A stretch of DNA of 64,000 bases from Candidatus Multivorans sp. (GCA_965220845.1 CBDCRA010000005.1:896016-960015); one strand, 5' to 3'. Positions 26,750 to 37,024 are shown, numbered from the stretch's first letter. Notes: generated from the sequence alone by a model not told the origin. Numbers and translations: made by a program.

Positions 26750-27340
26750 ATGCCAAGGATCGACGAAGAAGCGATGGACGTTCTGTTCCGGGACGCCCGC
26801 AGCCAGAACCGGTGGTTGCCGCGGGACGTGCCGCGGGAAACCCTGCGGGAACTCCACGACCTGATGAAGTGGGGACCGACGAGCGCGAACTGCTGGCCGC
26901 AAAGGGTCGTCTTCACCGTGAGTGATGAAGCGAAGGAGAGGCTGGCTTCGATCGCCATGCCGGGCAACCAGGACAAGATCCGGCAGGCGCCGGCGACCGC
27001 GATCCTGGGCTACGACCTGGCGTTCTTCGAGAAGATGGACGTGCTCTTCGCCCACAACCCGGGCATGGCCGAGATGTTCCGCAACGACGCCGAACTCTCC
27101 GAGGTGACGGCGTTTCGCAATGCCACCCTGCAGGGGGCCTACTTCATGCTGGCCGCGCGCTCGCTCGGCCTCGACTGCGGTCCGATGTCGGGGTTCGACA
27201 ACGCGAAGTGCGACGAGCTGTTCTTCCCCGGCACGACGGTGCGCTCGAACTTCCTCTGCTCGATCGGCTATGGCGATCCCGAAGGCCTGTTCGGGCGCCT
27301 GCCGCGGCCGGAGTTCGAAGAAGTCTGCCGCGTCGAGTAA
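26750..27340 (+). CDS. nitroreductase-fold protein, RutE/YdjA-like (malonic semialdehyde reductase-like)
   Basis: GGAGG 7 nt upstream of ATG 26750. 196 aa with RutE-like motifs (RWLPRDVP ... TSANCWPQRVVF). Confidence 0.7.
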   Translation: MPRIDEEAMDVLFRDARSQNRWLPRDVPRETLRELHDLMKWGPTSANCWPQRVVFTVSDEAKERLASIAMPGNQDKIRQAPATAILGYDLAFFEKMDVLFAHNPGMAEMFRNDAELSEVTAFRNATLQGAYFMLAARSLGLDCGPMSGFDNAKCDELFFPGTTVRSNFLCSIGYGDPEGLFGRLPRPEFEEVCRVE

Positions 27341-27343
27341 CGC

Positions 27344-28786
27344 TCAGCGGCGCCAGAACGCGGGCAGGAGGATCGCCGCGACGGCAACGATCTCGAGCCG
27401 GCCCAGCCACATCAGGAAGATCAGCAGCAGCTTCTCCCAGCCGGCGAAGAAGGCGTAGTTGAGCGACGGGCCGGCCGCCCCCATCGCCGGGCCGACGTTC
27501 GACAGGCAGGCCAGCGAAGACGACAGCGAGGTCACCATGTCGTTGCCCGCGAGGGCGAGGATGGCGGCGACTCCCAGCCACAGGAAGGCGAAGAGCGTCA
27601 TGAAACCGCCGAGGCTGCGCGCCACCTGGTCGCTGATCGTCCTCTTGCCGATCCAGAGCGCCAGGACCCGGCGCGGGTTGAACATGAGATGGACCTCGCG
27701 CAGCGCCATCTTGAGGGTCATGACGAGCCGGCCGACCTTGACGCCTCCCGCGGTCGAGCCGGCGCAGCCGCCGACGAACATGGCGAGGAGCAGCAGGGTG
27801 CGCGACGTGTCGCTCCACGAGTCGTAGTCCCTGGTCGTGTAGCCGGTCGTCGTCATCAGGGACACGGAGTTGAACGCGGCCTCCCGGAGGGCCTCCAGCA
27901 GCGGCAGATCCGTGCTGCGCCAGCGGTCCAGCGTGACCAGGCCCACCAGCACGGCCGCGATCGAGACGTAGGCGCGAAACTCGACGTCCTTGTAGAGTTG
28001 ACTGGGCCGCGACCGGACCGCGAAGATCAGGGAGAAGTTGATGCCCGCGATCAGCATGAAGACGATGATCGTCCACTCGATGAAGGCGGAGTCGAAGGCG
28101 GCAACGCTCGCGTTGTAGGGGGCGAAGCCGCCGATCGATACGGTCGTGAAGGCGTAGCAGAACGCTTCGTACTGGGTGGCGCCGCCGGCTAGCAGGAACA
28201 GGATGAGGACGATGGTCAGGCCGACGTAGATGCGCCACAGCACGGTCGCCGTCTTCTGTACCTGGGGCTGGAACATGTCCTGGGTGGGCCCCGGCACTTC
28301 CAGGCGGTAGAGCAGGCGGGCGCCCGGGCCCAGGCTGGGGAACAGGGCGACGAACAGGAGCAGGATTCCCATGCCGCCCAGCCACTGGGTGAGGCCGCGC
28401 CAGAGCAGGATGCTGGGGCTCAGCAGTTCGATGTCGGTCAGAATCGAAGCGCCCGTCGTCGTAAACCCGGAGGCGGACTCGAACAGGGCGGAGGCCGGGT
28501 CCGCGATCTCGCCGCTCAGCAGGTAGGGAAGAGCGCCGAAGAACGAGGCAAGGATGTAGGCGCCGACCACCACCAGGGTCGCTTCGCGCCGGTAGATCTT
28601 CTCGTGCGGCTTGCCCCACGAGTGAGCGACCGCGCCGGCCAGGGCGCAGGCGATCAACGAACCACCCAGGGCTACCGCGGGTCGTTCCTCGCCGTGCCAG
28701 ATGGCGAAGAAGAAGGGGATCAACTGCGCGCCGGCCAGCAGCAGGAGGAGCCGCCCGACGAGTCCGGAAACGGCGCGCAGGTTCAT
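27344..28786 (-). CDS. trkH: TrkH/KtrB family potassium uptake protein
   Basis: 480 aa polytopic protein. Repeated selectivity-filter-like segments (SGFTTTGASI, TVSIGGFAP, LMTTTGYTT, GSTAGGVKV). Confidence 0.85.
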   Translation of the reverse strand: MNLRAVSGLVGRLLLLLAGAQLIPFFFAIWHGEERPAVALGGSLIACALAGAVAHSWGKPHEKIYRREATLVVVGAYILASFFGALPYLLSGEIADPASALFESASGFTTTGASILTDIELLSPSILLWRGLTQWLGGMGILLLFVALFPSLGPGARLLYRLEVPGPTQDMFQPQVQKTATVLWRIYVGLTIVLILFLLAGGATQYEAFCYAFTTVSIGGFAPYNASVAAFDSAFIEWTIIVFMLIAGINFSLIFAVRSRPSQLYKDVEFRAYVSIAAVLVGLVTLDRWRSTDLPLLEALREAAFNSVSLMTTTGYTTRDYDSWSDTSRTLLLLAMFVGGCAGSTAGGVKVGRLVMTLKMALREVHLMFNPRRVLALWIGKRTISDQVARSLGGFMTLFAFLWLGVAAILALAGNDMVTSLSSSLACLSNVGPAMGAAGPSLNYAFFAGWEKLLLIFLMWLGRLEIVAVAAILLPAFWRR

Positions 28787-28813
28787 CCGGTGCGTGTGCG
28801 GCTGCTGGCGGCC

Positions 28814-30841
28814 TTAGGGCGCCGCGGCTGAAGCCGCTGCTTCGGGTAGCGCCAGGGCCAGCAGCTCGTTCTCGAAGCCTGTGCCGCTGAGCGCCATCAC
28901 GATGTACTGGCGTCCTTCGTGGAGGTAGGTCATCGGCGCTCCGCTGACGCCGGCCGGCAGTTCGGTCTCCCAGACGACATCGCCGGTCGCCTTGTCGAAG
29001 GCCCTGAACTTGCGGCTGCCCGCGCCCTCGGGCTGGACGACCATGACATCCGAGCCGTCTGCCAGGAACACCAGGGTCTTCGTGACCAGGGCGGAGACAC
29101 GACCCTGCTGGCCGAGCGGCGGCAGGTCCAGGTGGGCGAGCGCGGGGTGGTCCCGAGGGCCGTCGCCGTTCGGGACCATCCAGAGGTGCTCCCCCGTGTC
29201 GAGGTCGATCGCGGTCAGCCGGCCGTAGGGCGGTTTCGTGATCGGCAGGCCGTTCGGCAGGGTCGCCCATTCGTAACCGTCCGCCTCGCTCAGATCGACC
29301 CGGTAGCGCAGGTTGGAGCGCGCGGGGTCTGGCGGCTGGCGCAGGCCCAGGATCGCCGGCACGGTGACCGACGGCAGATAGAGCACGTTCGTCTCCGGGT
29401 CGAGCGCGGCGCCGTTCCAGTTCGTACCGCCGACCGCCCCGGGAACCTGGATCGTCGGTTTCGTGTCCGGGCCCTCGACCAGTGTCGGCGGTTGGAAGAT
29501 CGGGCCGATCCGGTACTGCGAAACGTACTCGAGCGCCATCGCCCGCAGTTCCGGCGTGAAGTCGATCAGGTCGTCGATGGCCAACCCCTGTAGGTCGTAG
29601 GGCAACGGCCAGGTCGGATGCGGCTGGGTCGGCCAGGCCTGCTCGCCGGGAACCTCCGACGTGGGCACCGGCAGTTCGACGATCGGCCAGACCGGCTCGC
29701 CGGTTTCCCGGTCGAATACGTAGAGGAACGCCTGCTTCGAGGGCTGCGCCAGCGCCTTGATCGGTCTGCCGTCGACGACGATGTCCGCGAGTACGGGCGG
29801 GGCGGGGAAGTCGTAGTCCCAGAGACCGTGGTGCACCGCCTGGAAGTGCCAGCGCCGCTCGCCGGTTTCCGCGTCGAGAGCGAGGATCGACTCGGCGAAC
29901 AGGCCCTTCCCTGGGCGGTGGCCGCCGTACCAGTCGTTGCTCGGCGTGCTGGTTGCCGCGTAGGCCATGCCCAGCTCCTGGTCGCAACTGATCCAGGTCC
30001 AGACGTTGGCGGCGCCGGCCTCGGCCGCTTCGGGGCTGTCCCAGGTGTCGAATCCGAACTCGCCCGGCTCGGGGATGATGTTGAATCGCCAGCGCAGGGC
30101 TCCGGAGCGCGAGTCGTAGCCGCGGATCATCCCCGGCGGGTTCTTCCGCCGCGACCAGGCGTCGGACGTCGATTCACCGACGACGATCACGTCGCCGCAG
30201 ACGACGGGCGCCGAGGTCCAGAAGTACTGGCGGCGCGTCACGCCGCTCCCGACCTCGAGCATGTCGGCGCGCCCGCCGTCTCCGAAGTCAGGGTCGAGGG
30301 CGCCGGTGTCCGCATCGAGAGCGGTCAGCCGGCCGTTGCCGGTGAAGAAGAGCCGGCGCCTGTCTCCGTCGTTCCAGGTCACGCCGCCGCGGACGGAGCC
30401 GCGGCCCATGTTCCGCGGCTGTTCGTCCTGGAACGGATCGTAGGTCCAGAGGATCTCGCCGCTGGCGGGGTCGAGGGCGGCCGCGGCCAGGCCGGTCGCG
30501 ACCAGCACCCGTCCGTCGCGCATCATCGGCGTGTTCTGGAACACGAAGGGCGGAATGACGCCCTCGTGGCGGGCGGCGATCCCGTAGTCGATCGACTTCC
30601 AGCGCCAGGCGACCTCGAGCTGATGCACGTTCGTCCGGTCGATCTGGTCGAGAGGCGAGTACTTGCTGCTGTGGCTGTCAGCGGCGTAGTTGTGCCACTC
30701 GCCGGCGGGCTGCGTTTCGGCGTCGCTGGCCGAGGCCGGTCTCAGGTCAGCGGCTGCCTGGGCGTGGGCCGCGGCCGCGGCTGCGGCCGCGCTCAGGGCA
30801 ACGGCGGCGAGGCGCCGTCGGATCTCGGGGCGCGGGATCAT
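28814..30841 (-). CDS. PQQ-dependent dehydrogenase (quinoprotein, 8-bladed propeller), secreted
   Basis: Signal peptide. Repeated PQQ/W-motif repeats A.D..TGE..W (ALDPASGEILWTY, ALDAETGERRWHF, AIDLDTGEHLWMV, AFDKATGDVVWET). Confidence 0.8.
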   Translation of the reverse strand: MIPRPEIRRRLAAVALSAAAAAAAAHAQAAADLRPASASDAETQPAGEWHNYAADSHSSKYSPLDQIDRTNVHQLEVAWRWKSIDYGIAARHEGVIPPFVFQNTPMMRDGRVLVATGLAAAALDPASGEILWTYDPFQDEQPRNMGRGSVRGGVTWNDGDRRRLFFTGNGRLTALDADTGALDPDFGDGGRADMLEVGSGVTRRQYFWTSAPVVCGDVIVVGESTSDAWSRRKNPPGMIRGYDSRSGALRWRFNIIPEPGEFGFDTWDSPEAAEAGAANVWTWISCDQELGMAYAATSTPSNDWYGGHRPGKGLFAESILALDAETGERRWHFQAVHHGLWDYDFPAPPVLADIVVDGRPIKALAQPSKQAFLYVFDRETGEPVWPIVELPVPTSEVPGEQAWPTQPHPTWPLPYDLQGLAIDDLIDFTPELRAMALEYVSQYRIGPIFQPPTLVEGPDTKPTIQVPGAVGGTNWNGAALDPETNVLYLPSVTVPAILGLRQPPDPARSNLRYRVDLSEADGYEWATLPNGLPITKPPYGRLTAIDLDTGEHLWMVPNGDGPRDHPALAHLDLPPLGQQGRVSALVTKTLVFLADGSDVMVVQPEGAGSRKFRAFDKATGDVVWETELPAGVSGAPMTYLHEGRQYIVMALSGTGFENELLALALPEAAASAAAP

Positions 30842-30844
30842 TCG

Positions 30845-32011
30845 CTAGAGATCGCCGTCCGGTGGCGCTGCGTTGTCGTCCTCCTTCGCGTCCCCAGCCT
30901 CGGCGGCTGGATCCCCGCCTTCCCGGTTTCCCAGCGTCTTGACGAACTCCTGGAGTTCTTCCTCCGTCCTTGGCAGTCCCTTGGCGGACGAACCGAGCGC
31001 CCGGCTGAGCGACTCCTGCCAGGTCAGGCGTTCGCCGGGCGTGCCGTCGGGATTCGGCTTCGGATCGAGCCACTCGAGCGAGTACAGGAAGCCGTCCATG
31101 CGGGAGACCGTGTCCTCGTACCACTTGTTCTTCTCCTCGCCCTCGCCCCGGCCGAAGTTGAAGAAGCCGTGGCCCTGGTCGTGGTAGCTGACGAAGTCGC
31201 ATCGGTTCTTGTGGTCGCGCAGGCCGCGGCAGAACCGGTCCGCCGTGCTGTGGGGCACCGTCTCGTCTGCCTGGCCGTGGAAGAGGATGGTGGGCGGCAG
31301 GTCCGCCCGCAGGTGGTGGAAGGGGGACATCGACTCCGGCGGCGCCCCGAAGCGCTCTTCGAGCGCCGCGAAACGCTCACGCTCCTCCTCCGTCGGCATC
31401 GGGTCGCCATCGACGGGAGCGAGAACGGTCGCCGGGTTGAACAGGACCAGCGCGTTAGGCACGGAGCTCACGCCGTCGGGATCGGGATCGTGGCCCGGCA
31501 GCGTCGCGGTGGCGGCCGCCAGGTGACCCCCGGCCGAGCCCCCGCCGGCGGCGATGCGGTCCGGATCGACGCCGAGACGATCAGCGTTCACGCGCAGCCA
31601 GCGGACGGCGCTCTTCGCGTCCTCCACGCACTCGTGCGCCGTCACGCCGTGCCGCCTCGCGACCCGGTAGTCGGCGACGGCAGCGACCATGCCGCGCTCG
31701 GCGAGATAGCGGCAGTGCGGCAGGAACTGCTGCGGGGAACCCGCTCTCCAGCCGCCGCCGAAGAAGAAGACGATCGCGGGCCGCTGGTCGCCGGCGGAAT
31801 GTCCCTCGGGATTGCAGAGGTACATCCTGAGTTCGACGTCGCCTGCCGTGCGGTAGACCTCGGAGGTCGTGCCCTCCATCTCCGGCGGGTAGGGGCGTTG
31901 TGCCGTGACGGAGTCGGCGCCCAGGCCGAGGAGGATGGTGGCGGCCAGCACGGGCGCGAAGCCGGGCAGGCGGCGGTCGGGTCGGATGTTGGTCGAACGG
32001 GTCATCGGCAC
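30845..32011 (-). CDS. alpha/beta-hydrolase fold esterase/lipase (HGGG-type)
   Basis: Oxyanion motif FFFGGGW, nucleophile elbow GGSAGG, catalytic His region HGQADETVP. Signal peptide. Confidence 0.8.
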   Translation of the reverse strand: MPMTRSTNIRPDRRLPGFAPVLAATILLGLGADSVTAQRPYPPEMEGTTSEVYRTAGDVELRMYLCNPEGHSAGDQRPAIVFFFGGGWRAGSPQQFLPHCRYLAERGMVAAVADYRVARRHGVTAHECVEDAKSAVRWLRVNADRLGVDPDRIAAGGGSAGGHLAAATATLPGHDPDPDGVSSVPNALVLFNPATVLAPVDGDPMPTEEERERFAALEERFGAPPESMSPFHHLRADLPPTILFHGQADETVPHSTADRFCRGLRDHKNRCDFVSYHDQGHGFFNFGRGEGEEKNKWYEDTVSRMDGFLYSLEWLDPKPNPDGTPGERLTWQESLSRALGSSAKGLPRTEEELQEFVKTLGNREGGDPAAEAGDAKEDDNAAPPDGDL

Positions 32012-32040
32012 CTCTCGGGAGCGGAACTCTTCGCGAGAGT

Positions 32041-33426
32041 CTACCGGCCCGTCTCGAAGACGGCGTCAACGGCGTCCTCACTGCCGGGGCTCTCGTCCGT
32101 GCCGCCGCGGATCCACGTCAGGCGGTACACGTCGAGCGGCTGCAGCTCGGTCTCCAGGACGCGCCGGATCACCATTGAAGAGCCTGGACGGGCGTCGAAA
32201 TCTCCGCGCTCGAGGAAGGCGAAGACGCGCTCGCGGTCCTTGCAGGCGTCGTCCTGCTCGTCGCAGCCGAAGTCGTTACCGTCCGTGTCGAGCAGGAAGA
32301 GGAGCGGGTCGGGCGACACGAACCTGCCCTCCAGGCTGCGGAACGCTCGCCAGAGATCGAGGGAGGGAATCGTCCAGCCGTCTCCGGCTTCCGCGAATCC
32401 GACCGCCTCGGTGACCTGACCGTCCGGCACCGCGGTGATGACGGCCGGGAACGGATCGAAGACCCGGCGCGAGAGCTCCTGCAGGGTGAAGGCGTCGTCA
32501 TCCGGAACCTCGAAGATCTCCAGCAGCGGTTCACCGGCTTCGGCGATCCGTTCGATCAGCTCGAGTTCGAGGTCGCGGAGGACAGGCTGGTCCTCCGGCC
32601 GCTCGGGCGGCGCCGGCGGAGCCGTGTTCGGCGCGAGCTCCCGCGGCGACGCGACGAGCGTCGATTCGGGCAGTTCCTCGCCCCGGCCGGCCGCGAACAG
32701 GGCGCGCAGGCATTCGAAGCGGCGGCCCGGGTTCTCGTCCATGTAGCGCCACAACGCCGCAACGCGCCGGTGGTAGCGGGCGGCATCGACGGCGAAACCG
32801 CGCAGACCGCGTTCGACGGTGTCGGCTTCGCCGGCCGTGGCCTGCGTTCCCCCGTCGAAGACGAGCTCCAGGGACACGGTCCGGGGCGGCGGCCGCTGCT
32901 GGTCGGGCTCCGGCCTCTCGTTGTCCCAGACGGCCAGGGACGGACGGATTGGCGTGTTAGCGAAGAACTCCTGGAGCTCGGCATCCGGGTTCCCGACGAG
33001 CGCCCAGCGGCGGTAGCTGGTCAGCTCCCTGCCGGCCCGCTCCCACTCGGCGCCGTCGGCGAGCGGCTCGTACAGGCGGTCGAACCGCAGGTGCCAGACG
33101 TCGTAGCCGTTCATCAACGCCTCGGCCCGGTCGTTCAGCCGACGTTCGATCAGTGCGTGCCCCTCGGGGACCGCGTGGCGTTGGATCGAGACCTTGGCCT
33201 CCAGCCTCACATAGCCGTTGGTGTCGGGGGGCGGGTCACTCTCGTCCTCGGCCGCTTGCGTGTTCTCCGCCGACGGCGGGTAGAACTCGAGGTGCAGGGT
33301 CTCGGCCACCGGGTCGTCGGTGCAGCCGGCGAGGGCGGTGGCGAGCGCCGCGACGGCTACTCCGGGAAGAGCGCGACGGATGAGGGCTCCGGGCGGGAGG
33401 AACGGACGATTGCGGCTGGCGAGCAT
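32041..33426 (-). CDS. hypothetical lipoprotein
   Basis: Lipobox ...ALATALAGC. Acidic, no recognisable domain. Confidence 0.5.
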   Translation of the reverse strand: MLASRNRPFLPPGALIRRALPGVAVAALATALAGCTDDPVAETLHLEFYPPSAENTQAAEDESDPPPDTNGYVRLEAKVSIQRHAVPEGHALIERRLNDRAEALMNGYDVWHLRFDRLYEPLADGAEWERAGRELTSYRRWALVGNPDAELQEFFANTPIRPSLAVWDNERPEPDQQRPPPRTVSLELVFDGGTQATAGEADTVERGLRGFAVDAARYHRRVAALWRYMDENPGRRFECLRALFAAGRGEELPESTLVASPRELAPNTAPPAPPERPEDQPVLRDLELELIERIAEAGEPLLEIFEVPDDDAFTLQELSRRVFDPFPAVITAVPDGQVTEAVGFAEAGDGWTIPSLDLWRAFRSLEGRFVSPDPLLFLLDTDGNDFGCDEQDDACKDRERVFAFLERGDFDARPGSSMVIRRVLETELQPLDVYRLTWIRGGTDESPGSEDAVDAVFETGR

Positions 33427-33492
33427 GGCCGGGTGACCTAGTTTGCAACACGCGTAGGATCGACCGTCTTCCCGCGGACTCGTGTCGACCCG

Positions 33493-34992
33493 ATGAACCT
33501 CTTCGCCCTGCTGTACGAGCGCTTCGAGGCGGCCCTCGATCGTCCCGGCCTGGTGCCGGCCGGCGCCGCCACGGGCGGGAACGGGCCGGCGTGGACGTAT
33601 CGCGATCTCGACGACGCTTCGGCCCGATTCTCGGCGGCGCTGCGCCGGCGCGGCGTTGAGCCCGGGGACCGGGTACTGGTCCAGGTTCCGAAGTCGGTCG
33701 AGGCGGTGGCGTTGTACTTGGGGGTTCTACGCTGCGGCGCGGTGTACGTGCCGTTGAATGCGGCGTACACCGAAAGGGAGGTCGCCTTCTTCGTCGACGA
33801 CGCGTCGCCGCGGGTCGTCGTGCGCGGTGCGCTTGGTGTCGGCGAGCCGGGTGCCGAAGAAGGACCGCGCTCCGTCGGCATCGACGTGCTGTGGGAGGAG
33901 GCGCGGTCCGTCGATCCCGACCCGGCGGTCGAACCCCGCCGCGGCGACGACCTGGCCGCCATCTGCTACACGTCGGGCACCACGGGGCGCTCCAAGGGCG
34001 CGATGATCACCCACGGCAATCTGACCTCGAACGCCCTCGCCCTGCACGAGATCTGGGGCTTCGAGCCCGGGGACGTGCTGCTCCACGCGTTGCCGATCTT
34101 CCACGTCCACGGGCTGTTCGTGGCGCTGCACACCGCGTTTCTGAACGCCTCGCGGGTGATCTTCCTGCCGCGGTTCGATGCCGCGGAAGTGCGCCGCTTG
34201 CTGCCCGAGGCGACGGTGCTGATGGGCGTGCCCACGTTCTATTCTCGACTGCTCGCCGAGCCTGGTTTCGGGAGCGCGGACTGCGGGAGCATCCGGCTGT
34301 TCGTCTCCGGCTCGGCGCCTCTGACGGAAGCCGTCTTCGGCGACTTCGAGGCTCGCACCGGTCACCGGATCCTGGAACGCTACGGCATGACGGAGGCGGG
34401 GATGATCACGTCGAATCCGCTGCTCGGGGAGCGTGTGGCCGGCACGGTCGGTTTCCCGCTGCCCGATGTCGAAGTGCGGGCCGTGGGCGAGGACGGCACC
34501 GAGCTGCCGGCGGGTGAAGTGGGCACCCTGGAGATCCGCGGCCCGAACCTGTTCCCGGGTTACTGGGGCCTGCCGGAGAAGACGGCCGAGGAGATGCGCG
34601 GCGACGGCTTCTTCGTCACCGGCGACCTCGCGAGGCTCGACGGCGAGGGCCGGGTCACCCTGGTCGGTCGCGGCAAGGACCTGGTCATCGCGGGCGGCTT
34701 CAACGTGTACCCCAAGGAGGTCGAGGATCGGCTCGATGAAGTAGCGGGAGTAGCGGAATCGGCGGTGATCGGCGCGCCGCACACCGACCTGGGCGAGGGC
34801 GTGGTCGCCGTGCTGGTCGCCGAGGACTCGCCGGTGGAAGACGATACGCTCCGCGCCGCACTCGATGCGGGGCTGGCGCGCTACAAACACCCCCGCCGGT
34901 TCTACTGGGTCGACGAACTGCCGCGCAACGCGATGGGGAAGGTACAGAAGAACGTGCTGAGGGACCGGTACCGCGACGCATATTGCGGATGA
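33493..34992 (+). CDS. matB: malonyl-CoA synthetase (MatB-like AMP-dependent synthetase/ligase)
   Basis: Near-colinear similarity to rhizobial MatB: WTYRDLDDASARFSAAL, ICYTSGTTGRSKGAMITHGNLTSNALAL, LPIFHVHGLFVA, RLFVSGSAPL, RYGMTE, GDLARLDGEGRVTLVGRGKDLVIAGGFNVYPKEVE, LPRNAMGKVQKNVLR. Confidence 0.85.
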   Translation: MNLFALLYERFEAALDRPGLVPAGAATGGNGPAWTYRDLDDASARFSAALRRRGVEPGDRVLVQVPKSVEAVALYLGVLRCGAVYVPLNAAYTEREVAFFVDDASPRVVVRGALGVGEPGAEEGPRSVGIDVLWEEARSVDPDPAVEPRRGDDLAAICYTSGTTGRSKGAMITHGNLTSNALALHEIWGFEPGDVLLHALPIFHVHGLFVALHTAFLNASRVIFLPRFDAAEVRRLLPEATVLMGVPTFYSRLLAEPGFGSADCGSIRLFVSGSAPLTEAVFGDFEARTGHRILERYGMTEAGMITSNPLLGERVAGTVGFPLPDVEVRAVGEDGTELPAGEVGTLEIRGPNLFPGYWGLPEKTAEEMRGDGFFVTGDLARLDGEGRVTLVGRGKDLVIAGGFNVYPKEVEDRLDEVAGVAESAVIGAPHTDLGEGVVAVLVAEDSPVEDDTLRAALDAGLARYKHPRRFYWVDELPRNAMGKVQKNVLRDRYRDAYCG

Positions 34993-35022
34993 GGGCTCAA
35001 GACGGATGAAGGAGAAGGCTCA

Positions 35023-35880
35023 ATGACGCAGACAGAGAAGAAGCTCGACGGCAAGGTCGTCCTGGTCACCGGAGCGAGCCGCGGTATCGGCAAGGCGATC
35101 GCCGAGCTGTTCGCCGAGCACGGCGCTCGGGTTGCCTGCACGGCACGCACCCTGTCCGAGGGCGGCCACTACCTGGGCGGGTCGCTGGAGGAGACGATCG
35201 AGGAGATCCGGGCGGCCGGCGGCGACGCCACCGCGTTCGCCTGCGACGTCTCCGAGTACCCCAACTGCGAGCGGTTGGTGACCGAGGTGCGCGACGCACT
35301 GGGGCCGGTCGAGGTGCTGATCAACAACGCCGCCCTGACCTACTTCATCCCGGTCGTCGATTTCCCGATCAACAAGTGGCACCGCTCGACCGCGGTCAAC
35401 TTCCACGCGCCGTTCTACCTCTCGAAGCTCGTGCTGCCCGAGATGATCGAGCGGGGTGCCGGCAGCATCGTCAACGTCTCCTCGGGCGCGGCGATCGGCC
35501 CAGGACGCGGTCCCTACAAGGGCCCGCAGTTCGCGGGCGGCTCGCTCTACGGCGCCGAGAAGGCGGCGCTCGAGCGCTTCACCCAGGGCCTGGCCTCCGA
35601 GGTCTACGAGCACGGCGTCTCGGTGACCTGCTACAGCCCGTCCCAGATCGTCCCCACGCCGGGCGTCGTCCACCACCGGCTGATGGAGGGCCGCGACCCG
35701 AACGAGGCGGAAACCGTCGAGATCATGGCCCAGGCGGCCCTGCTGCTCGCCACCGAGCCGCTCGACCGGGTCACCGGTCGGGTGACTTACAGCCAGGCGA
35801 TCCTGGAGGAGTTCGGCTGGATCGAGAAGGGACGCGGACTCGGCACGGAGCGCCAGGGCTCCGGCTACAGCATGATCTAG
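35023..35880 (+). CDS. SDR family short-chain dehydrogenase/reductase
   Basis: TGASRGIG cofactor motif, NNAA, catalytic Y..K (YGAEK). 31 nt downstream of matB. Confidence 0.85.
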   Translation: MTQTEKKLDGKVVLVTGASRGIGKAIAELFAEHGARVACTARTLSEGGHYLGGSLEETIEEIRAAGGDATAFACDVSEYPNCERLVTEVRDALGPVEVLINNAALTYFIPVVDFPINKWHRSTAVNFHAPFYLSKLVLPEMIERGAGSIVNVSSGAAIGPGRGPYKGPQFAGGSLYGAEKAALERFTQGLASEVYEHGVSVTCYSPSQIVPTPGVVHHRLMEGRDPNEAETVEIMAQAALLLATEPLDRVTGRVTYSQAILEEFGWIEKGRGLGTERQGSGYSMI

Positions 35881-35953
35881 ACCACTGCGTGCGCCGGCGT
35901 CCCCGCCGGCACCAGCGCGATGCCGCGAAGCGGCGAGCCCGAGCCTTCTCCGC

Positions 35954-37024
35954 CTACTCGCCGCCCTTCACGGGCTTGCCGGCCGCGATCCACTCCTTCT
36001 CGAGCTGGCGCGCTCCCCTGAGCTGGCCCAGCATCGAGTAGTTGCCCTCGTGGCAGGCGTACTCGTAGTTGTACTGGTCGGTCCTTGGCCACGGCATCTC
36101 GCCGCCGTAGGCCGCGGTGTACTCCTCGTCCTCGACCTCGAACTGGTAGAGCAGCGACTTGCCGTCGATCGGGCTGAAGCGCTCGGTCACCTTCATCGCG
36201 CCGCGCGGCACGCCGGCCGACTCTCGACCGTGCAGCATCTGGGGCGCCGCCTCGCGACGGAAGTTCGTCGTCTCGACGACCAGGGTGTCGCCTTCCCAGC
36301 GGCCGATCGAGTCGCCGGAGTAGGACTGGTACGGCGCCGGCGAATGCTCCGCGTCGATCCGCACGACCCGCGTCCAGTGCATCCACTCGATGTGGATCAT
36401 CAGGTAGTCGTCCGTCTGCACCAGGGTCTTCAGGTTGTTGTAGGAGATCGTACGGATCGGGATCGAAGCGCCGGGCTGGTAGATGCAGCGCACGCCGAGG
36501 ACCATCGTCTCCGGGCTGTCGAAGGGGGTGTCGCCCGACTCCAGCCACCAGGCCGTGCCGTCGTCGTTCATCCAGATGAACCTGGGCAGGGCGCCACGGT
36601 GCTTCTGGGCTTCCTCCTTCATCGCCGGCATCCGGCCGTTCGGCGGAGTCGTCAGGATCGACGTCCGGTACTTGCCGTCGATCTTGAACATCGTGTGACC
36701 GGGATCGAACCAGGCGTAGTTGTAACTCTGCCGGTCGATGAACGCACCTTTCTCCGGCGGCGGCCGATCCGGGCTGCTGGCCGCGTCGCCGTCCAGGACG
36801 CGCTGGCGCTGGTTGGCTTCGACCTCGGCCGCCTCCTCCGGGCTGAGGACGAGTTCCTCGCCGCGCTCTGGCCGGCGCTCGAAGGGCGTCAGCGAGCGGA
36901 TGTCGTAGCGGCCGGTGAAGTCGGGCTTGCCGCCCGGGGTCCGCGGGATGTCGTCGGCGGCCGCGAGGGCGGTGCCGGTGCCCGACACGAGCAGCAGAGA
37001 AAGCAGCGCGAGGGTCTTCCGCAT
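35954..37024 (-). CDS. secreted hypothetical protein, paralog 3 of the three-member family
   Basis: RBS AAGGAG 8 nt upstream of ATG 37024. Signal MRKTLALLSLLLVSGTGTALAAADD. See 2698..3798. Confidence 0.8.
   Translation of the reverse strand: MRKTLALLSLLLVSGTGTALAAADDIPRTPGGKPDFTGRYDIRSLTPFERRPERGEELVLSPEEAAEVEANQRQRVLDGDAASSPDRPPPEKGAFIDRQSYNYAWFDPGHTMFKIDGKYRTSILTTPPNGRMPAMKEEAQKHRGALPRFIWMNDDGTAWWLESGDTPFDSPETMVLGVRCIYQPGASIPIRTISYNNLKTLVQTDDYLMIHIEWMHWTRVVRIDAEHSPAPYQSYSGDSIGRWEGDTLVVETTNFRREAAPQMLHGRESAGVPRGAMKVTERFSPIDGKSLLYQFEVEDEEYTAAYGGEMPWPRTDQYNYEYACHEGNYSMLGQLRGARQLEKEWIAAGKPVKGGE

Noticed and set aside
27144-32419. 947-aa minus ORF (27144..29987) and 933-aa plus ORF (29618..32419)
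   Set aside because: Shadow frames over TrkH, PQQ dehydrogenase and esterase, which have clear family motifs. No motifs of their own.
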